Shown here piece after piece: positions 19,040-29,427 of a DNA stretch of 64,000 nucleotides; positions within the stretch are counted from its first letter, which is position 1; every line of letters begins with the position of its first letter. The notes under the pieces were generated by a model. The model saw only the letters and a program-made list of their open reading frames with translations. It did no database searches and had not been told where the DNA came from. The stretch is from Candidatus Margulisiibacteriota bacterium. Its GTDB lineage: Bacteria > Margulisbacteria > Marinamargulisbacteria > JBFWNS01. A program made the position numbers and the translations under genes. The stretch is from positions 130,102 to 194,101 of the forward strand of contig JBFWNS010000001.1 in assembly GCA_050250935.1 (NCBI GenBank), given 5' to 3'.

Positions 19040-20471
19040 TGGATGCAGGGCCTGGCACTGGCTTTGCTGAAGACAAAATGGCCAATAACGCCTTCACTTT
19101 GGCGGCGTGAGCACTGTCCTTTTTCTCTGCAAAATAGGTTGCCATTTGGTTTAAAAAGATCGCATTGGTTTTGGACAACTCAATGGCTTTGTCATAGGCC
19201 GCACTGGCCTGGGCAGAATTCCCTTGTTTGATAAGAAGCTCGGCCTGCAACATGTGCAACTCCGAAAAATCCAATCCTGGATTCATTTCTCCTTTAATAA
19301 TGCCTTTTTCAAGCTCTTGTTGGGCTTGGGTGGGCTCTCCCATCAGCACGTAAACTTTGGCCAAAAAATAATGGGGCAAGGGCGAGGCTGGGTCCCGAGA
19401 CGCTAGGGTTTGATAGGCTGCAATGGCCGTGGCCGTATCCCCTTGGGTTTTGGCCCGAAACGCCCGTACACCGGGGTCGTTGATGACCAATTTATTGTGG
19501 GTCAGTTTGTCTTGGATAAACGCCTGGACCAGCTGGCTTTGTTTATAGCGCAATAATTCGTCTTGCTCTTTTGCAAAATCAAAAGGGGTGGGTCGTGGAA
19601 GACCCCGTTTACCCAACACCCGAATAATGTGATAGCCAAATGGGGTTCGAAATGGCTTCGATATGCCGCCTTCGGGGGTTGCATACAGGGCCGTTTCAAA
19701 CGTCGCCACGGTTTTACCAAGGCCCAACCATCCCAAATCGCCGCCTTTTGATCGGGTTTGAGAATCGTCGGAATACTGCTTCACCGCTTCGTCGAAAGGC
19801 ATCCCGGCTTTGATTTTCTGATACACCGCATCTGCCTTGGCCTTAAGTTCGTTTTCAGAAGGCGATTCCGGGCCAACACCAATCAACACATGGGCCACAT
19901 GGACTTCGGAATATTTATCCACCACGTCATCCACATTAACCGTTGCTGTTTTGGCAATTTCGGCGCTGACTTTTTGAACCAACACATCGTCTTTTAGGTT
20001 GTCGATGAATTGATCATAGGGATAATGGCTTTTTTCCAAAAGGGCTTTTAAGCCCTCTTCGCCACGGACATTGTATTGCCGATAAACATTGCCAAGGGCC
20101 ATATCCAATTCTGCACCCGACACGTCCAAGCCGCGGTCTTTGGCTTCTTGGGTCAGAAGGGTGTATTGCAGGGCTTGGTCGAAGGCATTGCCTTGAATAA
20201 TCTCAGCCAATTCGGGTCGAATTTTTTGGCCATTTAATTGTTGTTCAAGTTGGCTGAAATTAAAGTACAAAATTTCAGAATATTTTTTGCGATTAATGGG
20301 CAAAGACCCAATCATGGCCAATTGGTTGGGATCATTTTGTTGGGGAGTCGACGTGTTATGTAAACGGCCATAAAACCCTGTGATGGCCAACCCTGTAAAC
20401 AGGGTTCCACAAAACAACACCACAATCACCCAAGCAATAATTTTTGATTTTTCACGCATCGCAACTAGCAT
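19023..20471 (-). CDS. Membrane-anchored parvulin-type peptidyl-prolyl isomerase (PpiD/SurA-like) with C-terminal TPR-like region
   Basis: N-terminal TM anchor; parvulin motif GGDLGWLG...FGYHIIRV; C-terminal helical repeat region. Confidence 0.7.
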   Translation of the reverse strand: MLVAMREKSKIIAWVIVVLFCGTLFTGLAITGFYGRLHNTSTPQQNDPNQLAMIGSLPINRKKYSEILYFNFSQLEQQLNGQKIRPELAEIIQGNAFDQALQYTLLTQEAKDRGLDVSGAELDMALGNVYRQYNVRGEEGLKALLEKSHYPYDQFIDNLKDDVLVQKVSAEIAKTATVNVDDVVDKYSEVHVAHVLIGVGPESPSENELKAKADAVYQKIKAGMPFDEAVKQYSDDSQTRSKGGDLGWLGLGKTVATFETALYATPEGGISKPFRTPFGYHIIRVLGKRGLPRPTPFDFAKEQDELLRYKQSQLVQAFIQDKLTHNKLVINDPGVRAFRAKTQGDTATAIAAYQTLASRDPASPLPHYFLAKVYVLMGEPTQAQQELEKGIIKGEMNPGLDFSELHMLQAELLIKQGNSAQASAAYDKAIELSKTNAIFLNQMATYFAEKKDSAHAAKVKALLAILSSAKPVPGPASNALKN

Positions 20472-20488
20472 GACGACTCCTTACGTAT

Positions 20489-21376
20489 CTAGATTGTGGA
20501 TTTTAAGGTCTTTGAAATGGAAATATAAGCGCCCAACACGCCCAAAGTCGTGCCCACCAAGGCCACGCACAAATAGAGCATGTTCAACTTAAAGGCATCA
20601 AAAACCAGGGGAAAATAAGGCAAACTTTCTTGGAATTTTGCTGCAAAAAACAAATAGCTAAATTTCAAGAAAACAACAGCGATCACCGAACCGGCTACCC
20701 CCATCAGCAGCCCTTCAATAATAAATGGCCAGCGAATGAAAGCCTTGGTCGCCCCCACCAATTGCATAATGACAATCTCGTTTTCTCGGGCCAAAACCGT
20801 CAACCGAATGGTATTCACCACAATCAACAAGGTCGCAAAGGTTAGGAGCCCGACCAAGACAAATCCCACAATTTTGGTGTACCTCGAAAACAATTCAATC
20901 CGCTCGGCCATGGCTCCCATATAGCCCACATCGTCCACCAAATCTTTGAACTGTCCCAAATAACTCGCGATTTCGGGCAGATTGTTGTTGTCATACAAAA
21001 ATATCTGAAAGGAATTGGGCAAGGGGTTGTTTTCCACAAAATCTGAAAGATCCATGTTTTTGTAGTTTTGCTTGAATTTTGCCCAAGCGGTGTCTTTGTC
21101 GATGTAAACCACTTGGCTGATTTTATCCACTTTTTGGAGTTTGGCTTGAAAAGCCTCGGCCTGTTCTTGGGTGACAGAATCTTTTAAATAAACCCGAACT
21201 TCGAGCTTAGAAGAAATAAAATCCGCCAAATTGTGAATGTTGAGCATTAACAATAAAAATACCCCAAACATCACCAAGGACACGGTAATCGTGGCAATGG
21301 AAATGGCAGACATCAACCCGGAACGGCGCATGCCAATCATGGCTTCTGAAATAAAGAATCCCAAATCACGAAACAT
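20489..21376 (-). CDS. ftsX: Cell division permease-like protein FtsX
   Basis: 295 aa, 4 TM segments, periplasmic domain between TM1 and TM2; immediately downstream of ftsE. Confidence 0.8.
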   Translation of the reverse strand: MFRDLGFFISEAMIGMRRSGLMSAISIATITVSLVMFGVFLLLMLNIHNLADFISSKLEVRVYLKDSVTQEQAEAFQAKLQKVDKISQVVYIDKDTAWAKFKQNYKNMDLSDFVENNPLPNSFQIFLYDNNNLPEIASYLGQFKDLVDDVGYMGAMAERIELFSRYTKIVGFVLVGLLTFATLLIVVNTIRLTVLARENEIVIMQLVGATKAFIRWPFIIEGLLMGVAGSVIAVVFLKFSYLFFAAKFQESLPYFPLVFDAFKLNMLYLCVALVGTTLGVLGAYISISKTLKSTI

Positions 21377-21381
21377 GGTGT

Positions 21382-22062
21382 CTACCCTTCATACATGCCA
21401 AATTGTTGGTCTCGGACCACCTTGCCTCGGTCTAAAGCAATGACCCGTTTTCGAATATCGTCGACCACATTTTTATCGTGGGTGGCCACCAGAACGGTGG
21501 TTTGTCTGGCATTGATTTTACTGAGCAATTGCATGATTTCCCAAGTAGAATCCGGGTCCAAACTGCCGGTGGGCTCGTCGGCCAACAAAATGGGGGGGTT
21601 GTTCACAATGGCTCTGGCAATACAAATGCGTTGCTGCTCGCCACCCGACAATTCGCAAGGCAGGCTGTTCATTTTGTCTTGAAGACCCACCAGTTCCAAA
21701 ACCTGGCTGACTTGTCTGCGAATTCTGGATCGGGAATAGTGCATCACCCGCAGGGCAAAAGCGATGTTTTCGTACACCGTTCTTCGGGGAAGCAATTTAT
21801 AGTCTTGGAAAACCACCCCAATGCTGCGCCGCAACATGGGAATTTGGTCTTCGGCCATCGACGCTAGGGACATATTGCCAATAAAAATATCCCCCATCGT
21901 TGGGGTGTCGGCCCGAAACACCATATTCAGCAAGGTCGATTTTCCTGCACCCGAAGGGCCTACCAAATAGACAAACTCATTTTTTTCAATGTGCAAATCC
22001 ACCCCATCCAAGGCTCTAAACCCGTTGGGATGAATTTTTTTAAGGTTTTTGATTCGAATCAT
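21382..22062 (-). CDS. ftsE: Cell division ATP-binding protein FtsE
   Basis: ABC ATPase: Walker A GPSGAGKST, signature LSGGEQQR, Walker B ILLADEPTG. Confidence 0.9.
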   Translation of the reverse strand: MIRIKNLKKIHPNGFRALDGVDLHIEKNEFVYLVGPSGAGKSTLLNMVFRADTPTMGDIFIGNMSLASMAEDQIPMLRRSIGVVFQDYKLLPRRTVYENIAFALRVMHYSRSRIRRQVSQVLELVGLQDKMNSLPCELSGGEQQRICIARAIVNNPPILLADEPTGSLDPDSTWEIMQLLSKINARQTTVLVATHDKNVVDDIRKRVIALDRGKVVRDQQFGMYEG

Positions 22063-22065
22063 GCG

Positions 22066-24051
22066 TTAAGACAGCCTTTTTAAGATCGACTCTGAAATCG
22101 CCGACGCAGAAAAATGATAGTGTTCCACCAAGGCCTTCATGGGGGCGCTGTCGCCAAAATGATCGATGCCAAAGGTCAGACCTTCCGACCCCACATATTT
22201 GTGCCATCCAAAGGTGGATTGGGCTTCGATCGAACAGGTTAAGCGAGCACTGCCCAAAACCGACTTGCGATAGGCTTCTGGCTGGGCATCGAACAGTTCA
22301 AAAGAAGGCAAAGAGACCACACGAACCGATTGACCCGCCGCTTCCAAAGCCTCGGCAACCGCACAAGCCAAGCTGACTTCTGAACCTGTGGCCAGCAAAC
22401 AAACATCGAGGGTTTCTTTGGAAGATTCCGATTCTTTGCGAATCACATACCCGCCTTTTCGAACCCCATCGATGGAGGCGCCTGGTAACTCGGGCAGGGC
22501 TTGGCGGCTCAAAATTAGGGCCGTCGGCGCTGTCGCGTTTAAGGCCGACAACCAAGCCCCTTTGACTTCGGTGGAATCGGCTGGGCGAATCACCGTCAGC
22601 CCAGGCATGGCCCGCAGACCGGCCAAATGCTCGACCGGTTGATGGGTAGGTCCATCTTCGCCCAAAAACACAGAATCGTGGGTAAATTGATAAATGACCG
22701 GTAGCTTCATCAAAGCCGCCAAGCGTACCGCGTTTTTCATGTAGTCGGAAAAGGTTAAGAAGGTTCCGCAAAATGGGGTGTAATAGCCGCTTAAAGCCAA
22801 CCCAGAAGCAATGGCCCCCATGGCAAATTCGCGAACCCCGTATTTGATGTTTCGACCGGCGTAGTTGGCCGGAGAAACCACCCCACTGCCTTTAATGAAG
22901 GTGTTGTCCGAACAAGACAAATCGGCAGATCCACCCACCACAAAAGGAAGATGCGTGTTTACGGCCGCAATCACAGCACCCGAGGCTTGCCGAGTGGCAC
23001 CTGGCTTAATGGGCAGTGCCGCTAGTGTTGCTTCAAAATCGGGGGTAATGCTGTGGTTTTGAAGGGCTTCTAGTTTGGAATGAACCTCTGTGCCCAAGGC
23101 TGAAAACTGGGTTTTCCAAGCGTCGTAGTCTGCGATTTTTTCTTGGGTTTTGGTTTCAAAAAAGCTGCGAACAGCAGCCGAAACCGAAAAGGGCTCCGAA
23201 CCCAGACCCAGGGCAGCCTTTGTTTTGGCGGCCTCTTCAGCACCCAAGGCTTTGCCATGAACTTCAGAAGTGCCTTGGTACGTTGCAGACCCTTTTCCAA
23301 TAATGGTTTTGGCAATGATCAGAACCGGCTGACCTTTGTGGGCTTTTGCCGCTTGGAAGGTGGTTCGAATCTCGGCCAAATTGTGGCCATCGATGGTGAC
23401 AACATGCCAGCCATACGCTTGATAGCGCAGGGCCACGTTTTCATCAAAACACTCGGAAATGGGGCCATCCAAACAAATTTGGTTGGCATCGTAGATCACA
23501 ATTAAGTTGTCGAGCTTCATGTGGCCGGCAAAGGAACTGGCCTCTGCTCCCACCCCTTCCATTAAACAACCGTCACCGGCCAAGGCCACGATGTTTGGGT
23601 TTAAAAGGTCCTTGTCCGCGCCCGAAAGCCCCAAATCGGCCTGAAGCATTTTGTGGGCCAGGGCCAATCCCACGGCGTTGGCGATTCCTTGACCCAAAGG
23701 ACCTGTGGTGGTTTCTACCCCTGGGGTGTGGCGAAATTCGGGGTGACCTGGGGTTTTAGAACCCCATTGCCGGAAGGCTTTTAAATCGTCCAAAGACAGG
23801 TCGTATCCGGCTAAATGCAACCCGGCATACAACAGCATCGATCCATGGCCTGCAGACAAAATAAACCGATCTCGGGCCACCCAATGTGGGTCTTTGGGGT
23901 TAAAGCGTAGGCCTTCAGAAAACAAATAGGCCCCCAGTTCGGCGCAACCCAAGGGCAAGCCTGGGTGGCCAGAGTTGGCGGCTTCGATGGCATCAATGGC
24001 CAATCCACGAATGGTATTGGCAACGGAGAGAAGGTGTTGATCGTCTGACAT
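22066..24051 (-). CDS. tkt: Transketolase
   Basis: 661 aa; N-terminal ThDP-binding motif (GHPG...SAGHGS). Confidence 0.9.
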   Translation of the reverse strand: MSDDQHLLSVANTIRGLAIDAIEAANSGHPGLPLGCAELGAYLFSEGLRFNPKDPHWVARDRFILSAGHGSMLLYAGLHLAGYDLSLDDLKAFRQWGSKTPGHPEFRHTPGVETTTGPLGQGIANAVGLALAHKMLQADLGLSGADKDLLNPNIVALAGDGCLMEGVGAEASSFAGHMKLDNLIVIYDANQICLDGPISECFDENVALRYQAYGWHVVTIDGHNLAEIRTTFQAAKAHKGQPVLIIAKTIIGKGSATYQGTSEVHGKALGAEEAAKTKAALGLGSEPFSVSAAVRSFFETKTQEKIADYDAWKTQFSALGTEVHSKLEALQNHSITPDFEATLAALPIKPGATRQASGAVIAAVNTHLPFVVGGSADLSCSDNTFIKGSGVVSPANYAGRNIKYGVREFAMGAIASGLALSGYYTPFCGTFLTFSDYMKNAVRLAALMKLPVIYQFTHDSVFLGEDGPTHQPVEHLAGLRAMPGLTVIRPADSTEVKGAWLSALNATAPTALILSRQALPELPGASIDGVRKGGYVIRKESESSKETLDVCLLATGSEVSLACAVAEALEAAGQSVRVVSLPSFELFDAQPEAYRKSVLGSARLTCSIEAQSTFGWHKYVGSEGLTFGIDHFGDSAPMKALVEHYHFSASAISESILKRLS

Positions 24052-24063
24052 GTCGTTTCGTCC

Positions 24064-25122
24064 TTACAGTTTTTTCAAAAGTGCGATGCGCGAAGACCAG
24101 TTCACAACATCGTTAATCACAATCAGGGCCATCAGGGCCATGAGCACCACATAGGCCGCGGTGTTAATGCGGTTTTCCCAGAGCTTATTCAAGGGTTTTT
24201 TACGCAACGCTTCAATGATTAAAAACAAAATATGGCCGCCATCCAACACCGGAATGGGCAATAAATTCGCGACGCCCAAACTGATGCTAATCATGGCCAC
24301 CATCCCAAAAAAGGCTGCAATACTGCGCTGCAATTGGTAGGATGTAATTTGAACAATGCCAACGGGGCCTGCCAATTCTTTAAGTCCGGCTTTTCCGGTG
24401 ATCAGCATGGTCAAACTTTTAAAAACCAGCCCCACATTGTGTTCAGTGGCATCGATGCTGGCCGACAGTGCGGCCAGGGGACTCAACCGTTCCCATTGGG
24501 TTTCGAACACCACCCCTATCAGGCCTTGTTTCCCACCATCTAGGGCCTCGGGAATTACGGTAATGTTCAAGATATCTGCGCCTCGTTTCAGTTCAAACAC
24601 CAAGGGCAAATGGGTCGAATTATGAATGGCGGGAATCAAATCGTCTTCCACGCTGCGAACGGGAATTTCATTGACGGTTAAAATGCGGTCTCCAGGCAAC
24701 AAGCCACCTTTCATGGCCGGGGAATCTTGGGCAATTTTATGAAGTACAGGCTGGGTATGGGGAACGCCCATCAAGGTGTAGATGCCAACAAAAATAAAAA
24801 ATCCCAACAGAATATTGAACACGGGTCCTGCTGCAATCACCGAAAACCGACGCCCCCAACTTTTGTTGTAAAAATTCAGTTCTGCAGGGGGTGGAGAATC
24901 TGATTGCTCATCGTCCATCCCCGCTAGTTTTACAAACCCGCCCAGGGGTAATAAACGCAGGGTATACAACGTACCGCCGATGGTTTTTCCAAAAATTTTT
25001 GGACCCATGCCCAAACTAAACTCATAGACCCCGACTCCGGCGCGCTTGGCCACGATCATGTGCCCAAATTCATGAATTAAAATAACAAATGCCAACGCCA
25101 AAATGGTGATTAAAATACTCAT
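24064..25122 (-). CDS. rseP: RIP metalloprotease RseP (site-2 protease, M50)
   Basis: HEFGHM zinc motif in TM1, PDZ-like insert, C-terminal TM region. Confidence 0.85.
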   Translation of the reverse strand: MSILITILALAFVILIHEFGHMIVAKRAGVGVYEFSLGMGPKIFGKTIGGTLYTLRLLPLGGFVKLAGMDDEQSDSPPPAELNFYNKSWGRRFSVIAAGPVFNILLGFFIFVGIYTLMGVPHTQPVLHKIAQDSPAMKGGLLPGDRILTVNEIPVRSVEDDLIPAIHNSTHLPLVFELKRGADILNITVIPEALDGGKQGLIGVVFETQWERLSPLAALSASIDATEHNVGLVFKSLTMLITGKAGLKELAGPVGIVQITSYQLQRSIAAFFGMVAMISISLGVANLLPIPVLDGGHILFLIIEALRKKPLNKLWENRINTAAYVVLMALMALIVINDVVNWSSRIALLKKL

Positions 25123-25137
25123 GATGTTTTACCTCGG

Positions 25138-26346
25138 GTGGCTATGATACAGTATTCTCATCCGAATGGGCCAGAACTCTGGGGGATTTTTACCGTGTCT
25201 AAAAAAATTTTTATCAGTGCGATAGAGCCGTCCGCAGACCTGCATGGGTCCCATTTGGTCAAAGCCCTCCTTCGCCAAGACCCCGAGCTGATCTGCTACG
25301 GCTATGGTGGGCAGCACTTAAAGGCCACTGGCATTGCCATTTTAGATGACTTAACGGACCGCAGCACCATTGGATTTATCGAGCCTATTCGACATCTTTT
25401 TAGGTTTGCCATAGCCTATTTTCGTATTAAAAAAGAACTTCAAAAAACCAGGCCGGACTTGGTGGTGGTGATCGATGCGCAGGGATTTCACCTGCCTGTT
25501 TTAAAAGCCGCCAAAGCTCTGGGCCTAAAAACCGCCTATTTTATCACCCCCCAAGAATGGCATTGGGGCAGCGACGAAGGCGGCAAATCCGTGATTGCTG
25601 TAACCGATTTGTTGATTTGTATTTTTAAGCAAGAAGCCGAATTTTATTCGCGACTTGGGGGCCATGTAGCCTATGTGGGGCACCCGCTGGTGGATAGCGT
25701 GGTACCAAAGCTGTCCCCCGAAGCGTTGCGCAATACCCTAAACCTATCCCCTACCAAACCCATTCTGGCCATTTTTCCAGGGTCCCGAAAACAAGAGCTG
25801 GCCCTGACGGCTCCCGTGCTGCTGGAAGCCGCCAGTCTGATTTCCCGAAAAAAAGACATTCAACCTGTCATTTCGGTGGCCGCCCTGCATTTGGAACAAA
25901 AAATTCGTGCTTTGGCCATCGAGGCTCGACTGCCTTTTGCAACTTTTTATACCGGGGATTCGGCCAGCTTGATCCAAGCCGCGGATCTGTCTCTGACCAC
26001 TTCGGGCACCATTACCCTCGAGCATGCCATTTTAAAAAAACTAGCGGTGGTGGCCTATAAATTTTCGCCGCTGTCCTATCGAATCGCCAAATTTGTACTC
26101 CGTAAAAAACTAGAAAAACTTCGGTTTATGGCCCTGCCCAACATGCTGGCCGACGCCGAAATTTTTCCCGAATTTTTTCAAGACAAAGCCACAGCTTCGG
26201 CCCTAGCATCAACAGGATTGGCCCTTTTGGACGATGCAACCTTGCGCACCGAACGCCAATCCAAATTGGATGGACTACCGGCCCAACTGGGGGATCCTGG
26301 GGTTTTAGACCGGGCAGCAACAGCCTTGTTGACAACCCTTCACTAG
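25138..26346 (+). CDS. lpxB: Lipid-A-disaccharide synthase
   Basis: IFISAIEPSADLHG, ITPQEWHWG, PGSR and ALPNMLA motifs align with E. coli LpxB positions; exact start uncertain. Confidence 0.8.
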   Translation: MAMIQYSHPNGPELWGIFTVSKKIFISAIEPSADLHGSHLVKALLRQDPELICYGYGGQHLKATGIAILDDLTDRSTIGFIEPIRHLFRFAIAYFRIKKELQKTRPDLVVVIDAQGFHLPVLKAAKALGLKTAYFITPQEWHWGSDEGGKSVIAVTDLLICIFKQEAEFYSRLGGHVAYVGHPLVDSVVPKLSPEALRNTLNLSPTKPILAIFPGSRKQELALTAPVLLEAASLISRKKDIQPVISVAALHLEQKIRALAIEARLPFATFYTGDSASLIQAADLSLTTSGTITLEHAILKKLAVVAYKFSPLSYRIAKFVLRKKLEKLRFMALPNMLADAEIFPEFFQDKATASALASTGLALLDDATLRTERQSKLDGLPAQLGDPGVLDRAATALLTTLH

Positions 26347-26663
26347 CTTTTTTGAACGGCGTCTTCCAACCACGTGGCATAGTCGGGCAATGCTTCGGCT
26401 TGAATGGCCACAATTTGAGGCACATCGAAGGGATGATGGTCTTTGATGGCCTGCATGACAGTCGCTTGGGTTGAAGCAGGGACTTTGAACCAACACCGAA
26501 TTTCCGAAGCCGATTCCAACTGCCCTTTCCACCAATAGGTGCTGGTGATGGGGGCATCGATTTGCGCGCAGCCCGCCAGACGGTAGGCCATGATGGTATC
26601 AACCAGGGTTTGGGCCTGGGCTTCGGTACTGACAGTGGTAAGGATGAGGGTGACTGAATTCAT
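26343..26663 (-). CDS. cutA: Divalent-cation tolerance protein CutA
   Basis: 106 aa; CutA1 pattern including HPFDVPQIVAI. Confidence 0.75.
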   Translation of the reverse strand: MNSVTLILTTVSTEAQAQTLVDTIMAYRLAGCAQIDAPITSTYWWKGQLESASEIRCWFKVPASTQATVMQAIKDHHPFDVPQIVAIQAEALPDYATWLEDAVQKS

Positions 26664-26967
26664 GGGATCAATATTGTGATGATAAAATTCTTAAGTTATA
26701 CTGGAACTCAGCTTGTAGCTTACCAGGAAAACGGCGAAACCTGGCAAGCCTTACTGGTGGTCTTGACTAATGCTGGCGAGCAATTAACATCAAGACCACC
26801 AAAAGTGAAACAATAAGTTCGATAATCTCGCCTACTGTTAATTCAACTTTTAGTTTGATGTCAACACCTCCTCTCTTATAACTCGAGGGGTTGAGAGGTG
26901 CTCGTCGCACTAGCGCCGTTTCGATAAAGCTTACACGACGGCAGTTATTCTGGAAATATTTTTATTT
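26664..26967. other. AT-rich structured spacer between nudix and cutA (candidate ncRNA or regulatory region, family unknown)
   Basis: About 300 bp of markedly lower GC than neighbours; perfect 11-bp stem (ggtggtcttga/tcaagaccacc, 26756-26800) and a 9-bp stem (26719-26748); no motif of tmRNA, SRP RNA, 6S or RNase P recognised. Confidence 0.25.
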
Positions 26968-27378
26968 TTATATAAAAGATACTTGTTCTTCAAAAAAAGC
27001 CTTGTCTTTGGGATGACTTAGTTTGTCGGCAATGTCGGCTTTGTCCAGCCACAGGGCTTCGGGGTTTTCGGGATCGGTTGGGGCCAATTCGGTTTGGGTG
27101 GTGGTGAATAAAAAGAATTCGATGCGTTTAAGCTCTGAGTGGTCTTCCCCACCATTTTTGCCAATGCGATACCGTTCGTAAAACCCCAGGTAACGCACCA
27201 AGGTGAGGTCCGTCACACCGGTTTCTTCGGCAATTTCTCGCTTGGCTGCATCAAGCAGGGTTTCGCCAGGGTCCACGTGGCCTTTGGGCAAGGACCACGA
27301 GGTGCCATGTTGGCAGGTGATAAGCACCTGCCCATGGCGATTAAGGACAATGCCACCCGCGCTGATGGTTTTTTCCAT
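26968..27378 (-). CDS. NUDIX hydrolase
   Basis: Nudix box GHVDPGETLLDAAKREIAEETGV. Confidence 0.8.
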   Translation of the reverse strand: MEKTISAGGIVLNRHGQVLITCQHGTSWSLPKGHVDPGETLLDAAKREIAEETGVTDLTLVRYLGFYERYRIGKNGGEDHSELKRIEFFLFTTTQTELAPTDPENPEALWLDKADIADKLSHPKDKAFFEEQVSFI

Positions 27379-29069
27379 CAGAACAGGTTTTTGTCGGTGA
27401 CAGCGCCTTCGGAGGCTGAAGTCGTCAGTTTGGCAAATTTGGCCAAGACCCCACGGGTGTAACGGGGCGCTGGTTGCTTCCAGGCTGCCAACCGGGCTTG
27501 AAGTTCAGCATCGGGAACGTGAACATTGACCTCGTGTTTTTCGGCATCGATGGTGATGGTATCGCCGTTCTGAATCACGGCAATCACCCCACCGTCAAAG
27601 GCTTCTGGTGTGATGTGTCCCACCACAAAACCATGGGTTCCGCCTGAAAATCGGCCGTCGGTAATTAAGGCAACATCCTTGCCCAGGCCACGACCCATCA
27701 CCGCCGAGGTTGGGGACAACATTTCCCGCATCCCAGGTCCGCCTTTAGGACCTTCATAGCGAATGACGATCACGTCGCCTTTAACAATCCCGCCATCCAA
27801 AATGCTTTTGAGGGCTGCTTCTTCCGAATCAAACACCTTGGCCTTACCTTCAAATTTGAGGCCTTCTTTGCCAGAAATTTTGGCGACGCCGCCCTTAGAC
27901 GCCACGTTGCCGTAACACACCACCAAATGCCCTTGCGATTTGATGGGATTGGACAAGGGACGAACCACTTCTTGACCCGTGGGATAAGGCGCAACATCGG
28001 CCAAGTTTTCGGCAAGGGTTTTGCCCGTCACCGTCAGACAATCGCCATGCAGCAACCCAGCGTCCAATAAAATCTTCATCAAAGGGGTCACACCACCAAT
28101 TTCCACCAACTTGGACATGGTAAACCGGCCGCTGGGTTTTAAATCCGCCAACACCGGTACTTTTTGACCAATACGGGTAAAATCGTCCAAGGTTAGGGGA
28201 ATACCAGCCGTATGGGCAATGGCCAACAAATGCAGCACGGCGTTGGTGGATCCTCCCAAAGCCGTGACCACCACAATGGCATTTTCCAAGGACTTTTTGG
28301 TGACGATATCCAAGGGTTTTAAATTGGCTTGAAGCAAGGCATAAACGGCTTTTCCCGCGTTACGACAGTCTTCTTTTTTATGCTCGGAAACCGCCGCTTG
28401 GGCCGAACTATTTGGCAAACTCAGCCCCATGGCCTCGATGGCCGATGCCATGGTGTTGGCCGTGTACATACCCCCACAAGAACCAGGGCCTGGAATCGCA
28501 CATTTTTCGACTTCTGTCAGTTCGGCAGCATCGATTTTGTTGTTGGCAAATGCCCCGACGGCTTCGAAAACAGAGACCACATCTTGGTCTTTGTTTTTGT
28601 GGCATCCTGGCAAAATGGTCCCGCCATATACAAACACGGAGGGACGGTTCATCCGCAACATGGCCATGACACAGGCCGGCATGTTTTTGTCGCAGCCCCC
28701 AATGGCCACAAACCCATCCAAATTTTCGCAACCCACCACCGTTTCGATGGAATCGGCAATGACTTCTCGGGAAACCAGGGAATATTTCATGCCTTCTGTT
28801 CCCATGGAAATCCCATCAGAAATCGTGATGGTGTTAAAAATAATGGCTTTTCCACCCGCTTCGTTAGCCCCAGCTTCGGCTTCTCTGGCCAAGCCATCGA
28901 TGTGCATATTACACGGGGTTACCATACTCCAGGTCGAAGCAATCCCGATTTGGGGTTTGTTAAAATCCTCGTCGTTAAAGCCCACGGCCCGCAACATGGC
29001 GCGGGAAGGGGCTCGGTCGTAGCCGTCTGTCATCTGAGAAGAAAAATGTCGGGGGTTGTGTGAGCTCAT
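27378..29069 (-). CDS. ilvD: Dihydroxy-acid dehydratase
   Basis: 563 aa; IlvD/EDD family pattern including cysteine cluster region (CDKNMPA) and C-terminal [10 protein letters not shown]. Confidence 0.9.
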   Translation of the reverse strand: MSSHNPRHFSSQMTDGYDRAPSRAMLRAVGFNDEDFNKPQIGIASTWSMVTPCNMHIDGLAREAEAGANEAGGKAIIFNTITISDGISMGTEGMKYSLVSREVIADSIETVVGCENLDGFVAIGGCDKNMPACVMAMLRMNRPSVFVYGGTILPGCHKNKDQDVVSVFEAVGAFANNKIDAAELTEVEKCAIPGPGSCGGMYTANTMASAIEAMGLSLPNSSAQAAVSEHKKEDCRNAGKAVYALLQANLKPLDIVTKKSLENAIVVVTALGGSTNAVLHLLAIAHTAGIPLTLDDFTRIGQKVPVLADLKPSGRFTMSKLVEIGGVTPLMKILLDAGLLHGDCLTVTGKTLAENLADVAPYPTGQEVVRPLSNPIKSQGHLVVCYGNVASKGGVAKISGKEGLKFEGKAKVFDSEEAALKSILDGGIVKGDVIVIRYEGPKGGPGMREMLSPTSAVMGRGLGKDVALITDGRFSGGTHGFVVGHITPEAFDGGVIAVIQNGDTITIDAEKHEVNVHVPDAELQARLAAWKQPAPRYTRGVLAKFAKLTTSASEGAVTDKNLF

Positions 29070-29149
29070 AACATCTCCAATGGGTAAAAGATTATCAACA
29101 GGGCATCGAAATAATGGGAAAGAATTCTAGCACTTTTTTGGGTTTAATG

Positions 29150-29380
29150 TTAGGCTCTTGCCTGGTTTTTATCAGGGAAATTGGGCGAAAAACCCAGCTG
29201 TCCCGCAACTGTGAAGCGACTTCATAGAGCCTATCCCGATTTGACAGATGCAAGGCAAAGACAAGTAAAAAAACCGGAATTTAGCTACCTAAATGAGGAT
29301 TTTTTTAGCTTGGCTTTAACGCAGCAGATACAAATGCGGATAGTCTCCAGTGGAAGTAGCCTAGTCAGAATGCCTGAAAT
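29150..29380 (+). promoter_or_regulatory. Cobalamin (B12) riboswitch in the leader of the TonB-dependent receptor gene
   Basis: Core CAGGGAAATTGGGCGAAAAACCCAGCTGTCCCGCAACTGTGAAG (29173-29216) follows the conserved GGGAA...GGTG..AA..CC..GCTG.CCCGC.ACTGT pattern; B12-box-like TAGTCAGAATGCCTG at 29362-29376; ends about 50 nt before the btuB-like start. Boundaries approximate. Confidence 0.7.
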
Positions 29381-29427
29381 CAACCCCAATTTACCCCATG
29401 CCCGTGGATAGGCATTAAGGAGTTTTT

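Noticed and set aside
26664-26967. tmRNA, SRP RNA, 6S RNA or tRNA in the AT-rich spacer
   Set aside because: None of the hallmark motifs (tRNA-like T-arm GGTTCGA..CC with CCA end, SRP GGAAGCAGCC helix-8 motif) were found on either strand; kept only as an unclassified structured region.
28329-29063. 244-aa plus-strand ORF and overlapping 197-aa ORF
   Set aside because: Antisense within ilvD.
29181-29411. 76-aa ORF in the btuB leader
   Set aside because: Lies within the cobalamin riboswitch; sequence conservation is explained by RNA motifs.
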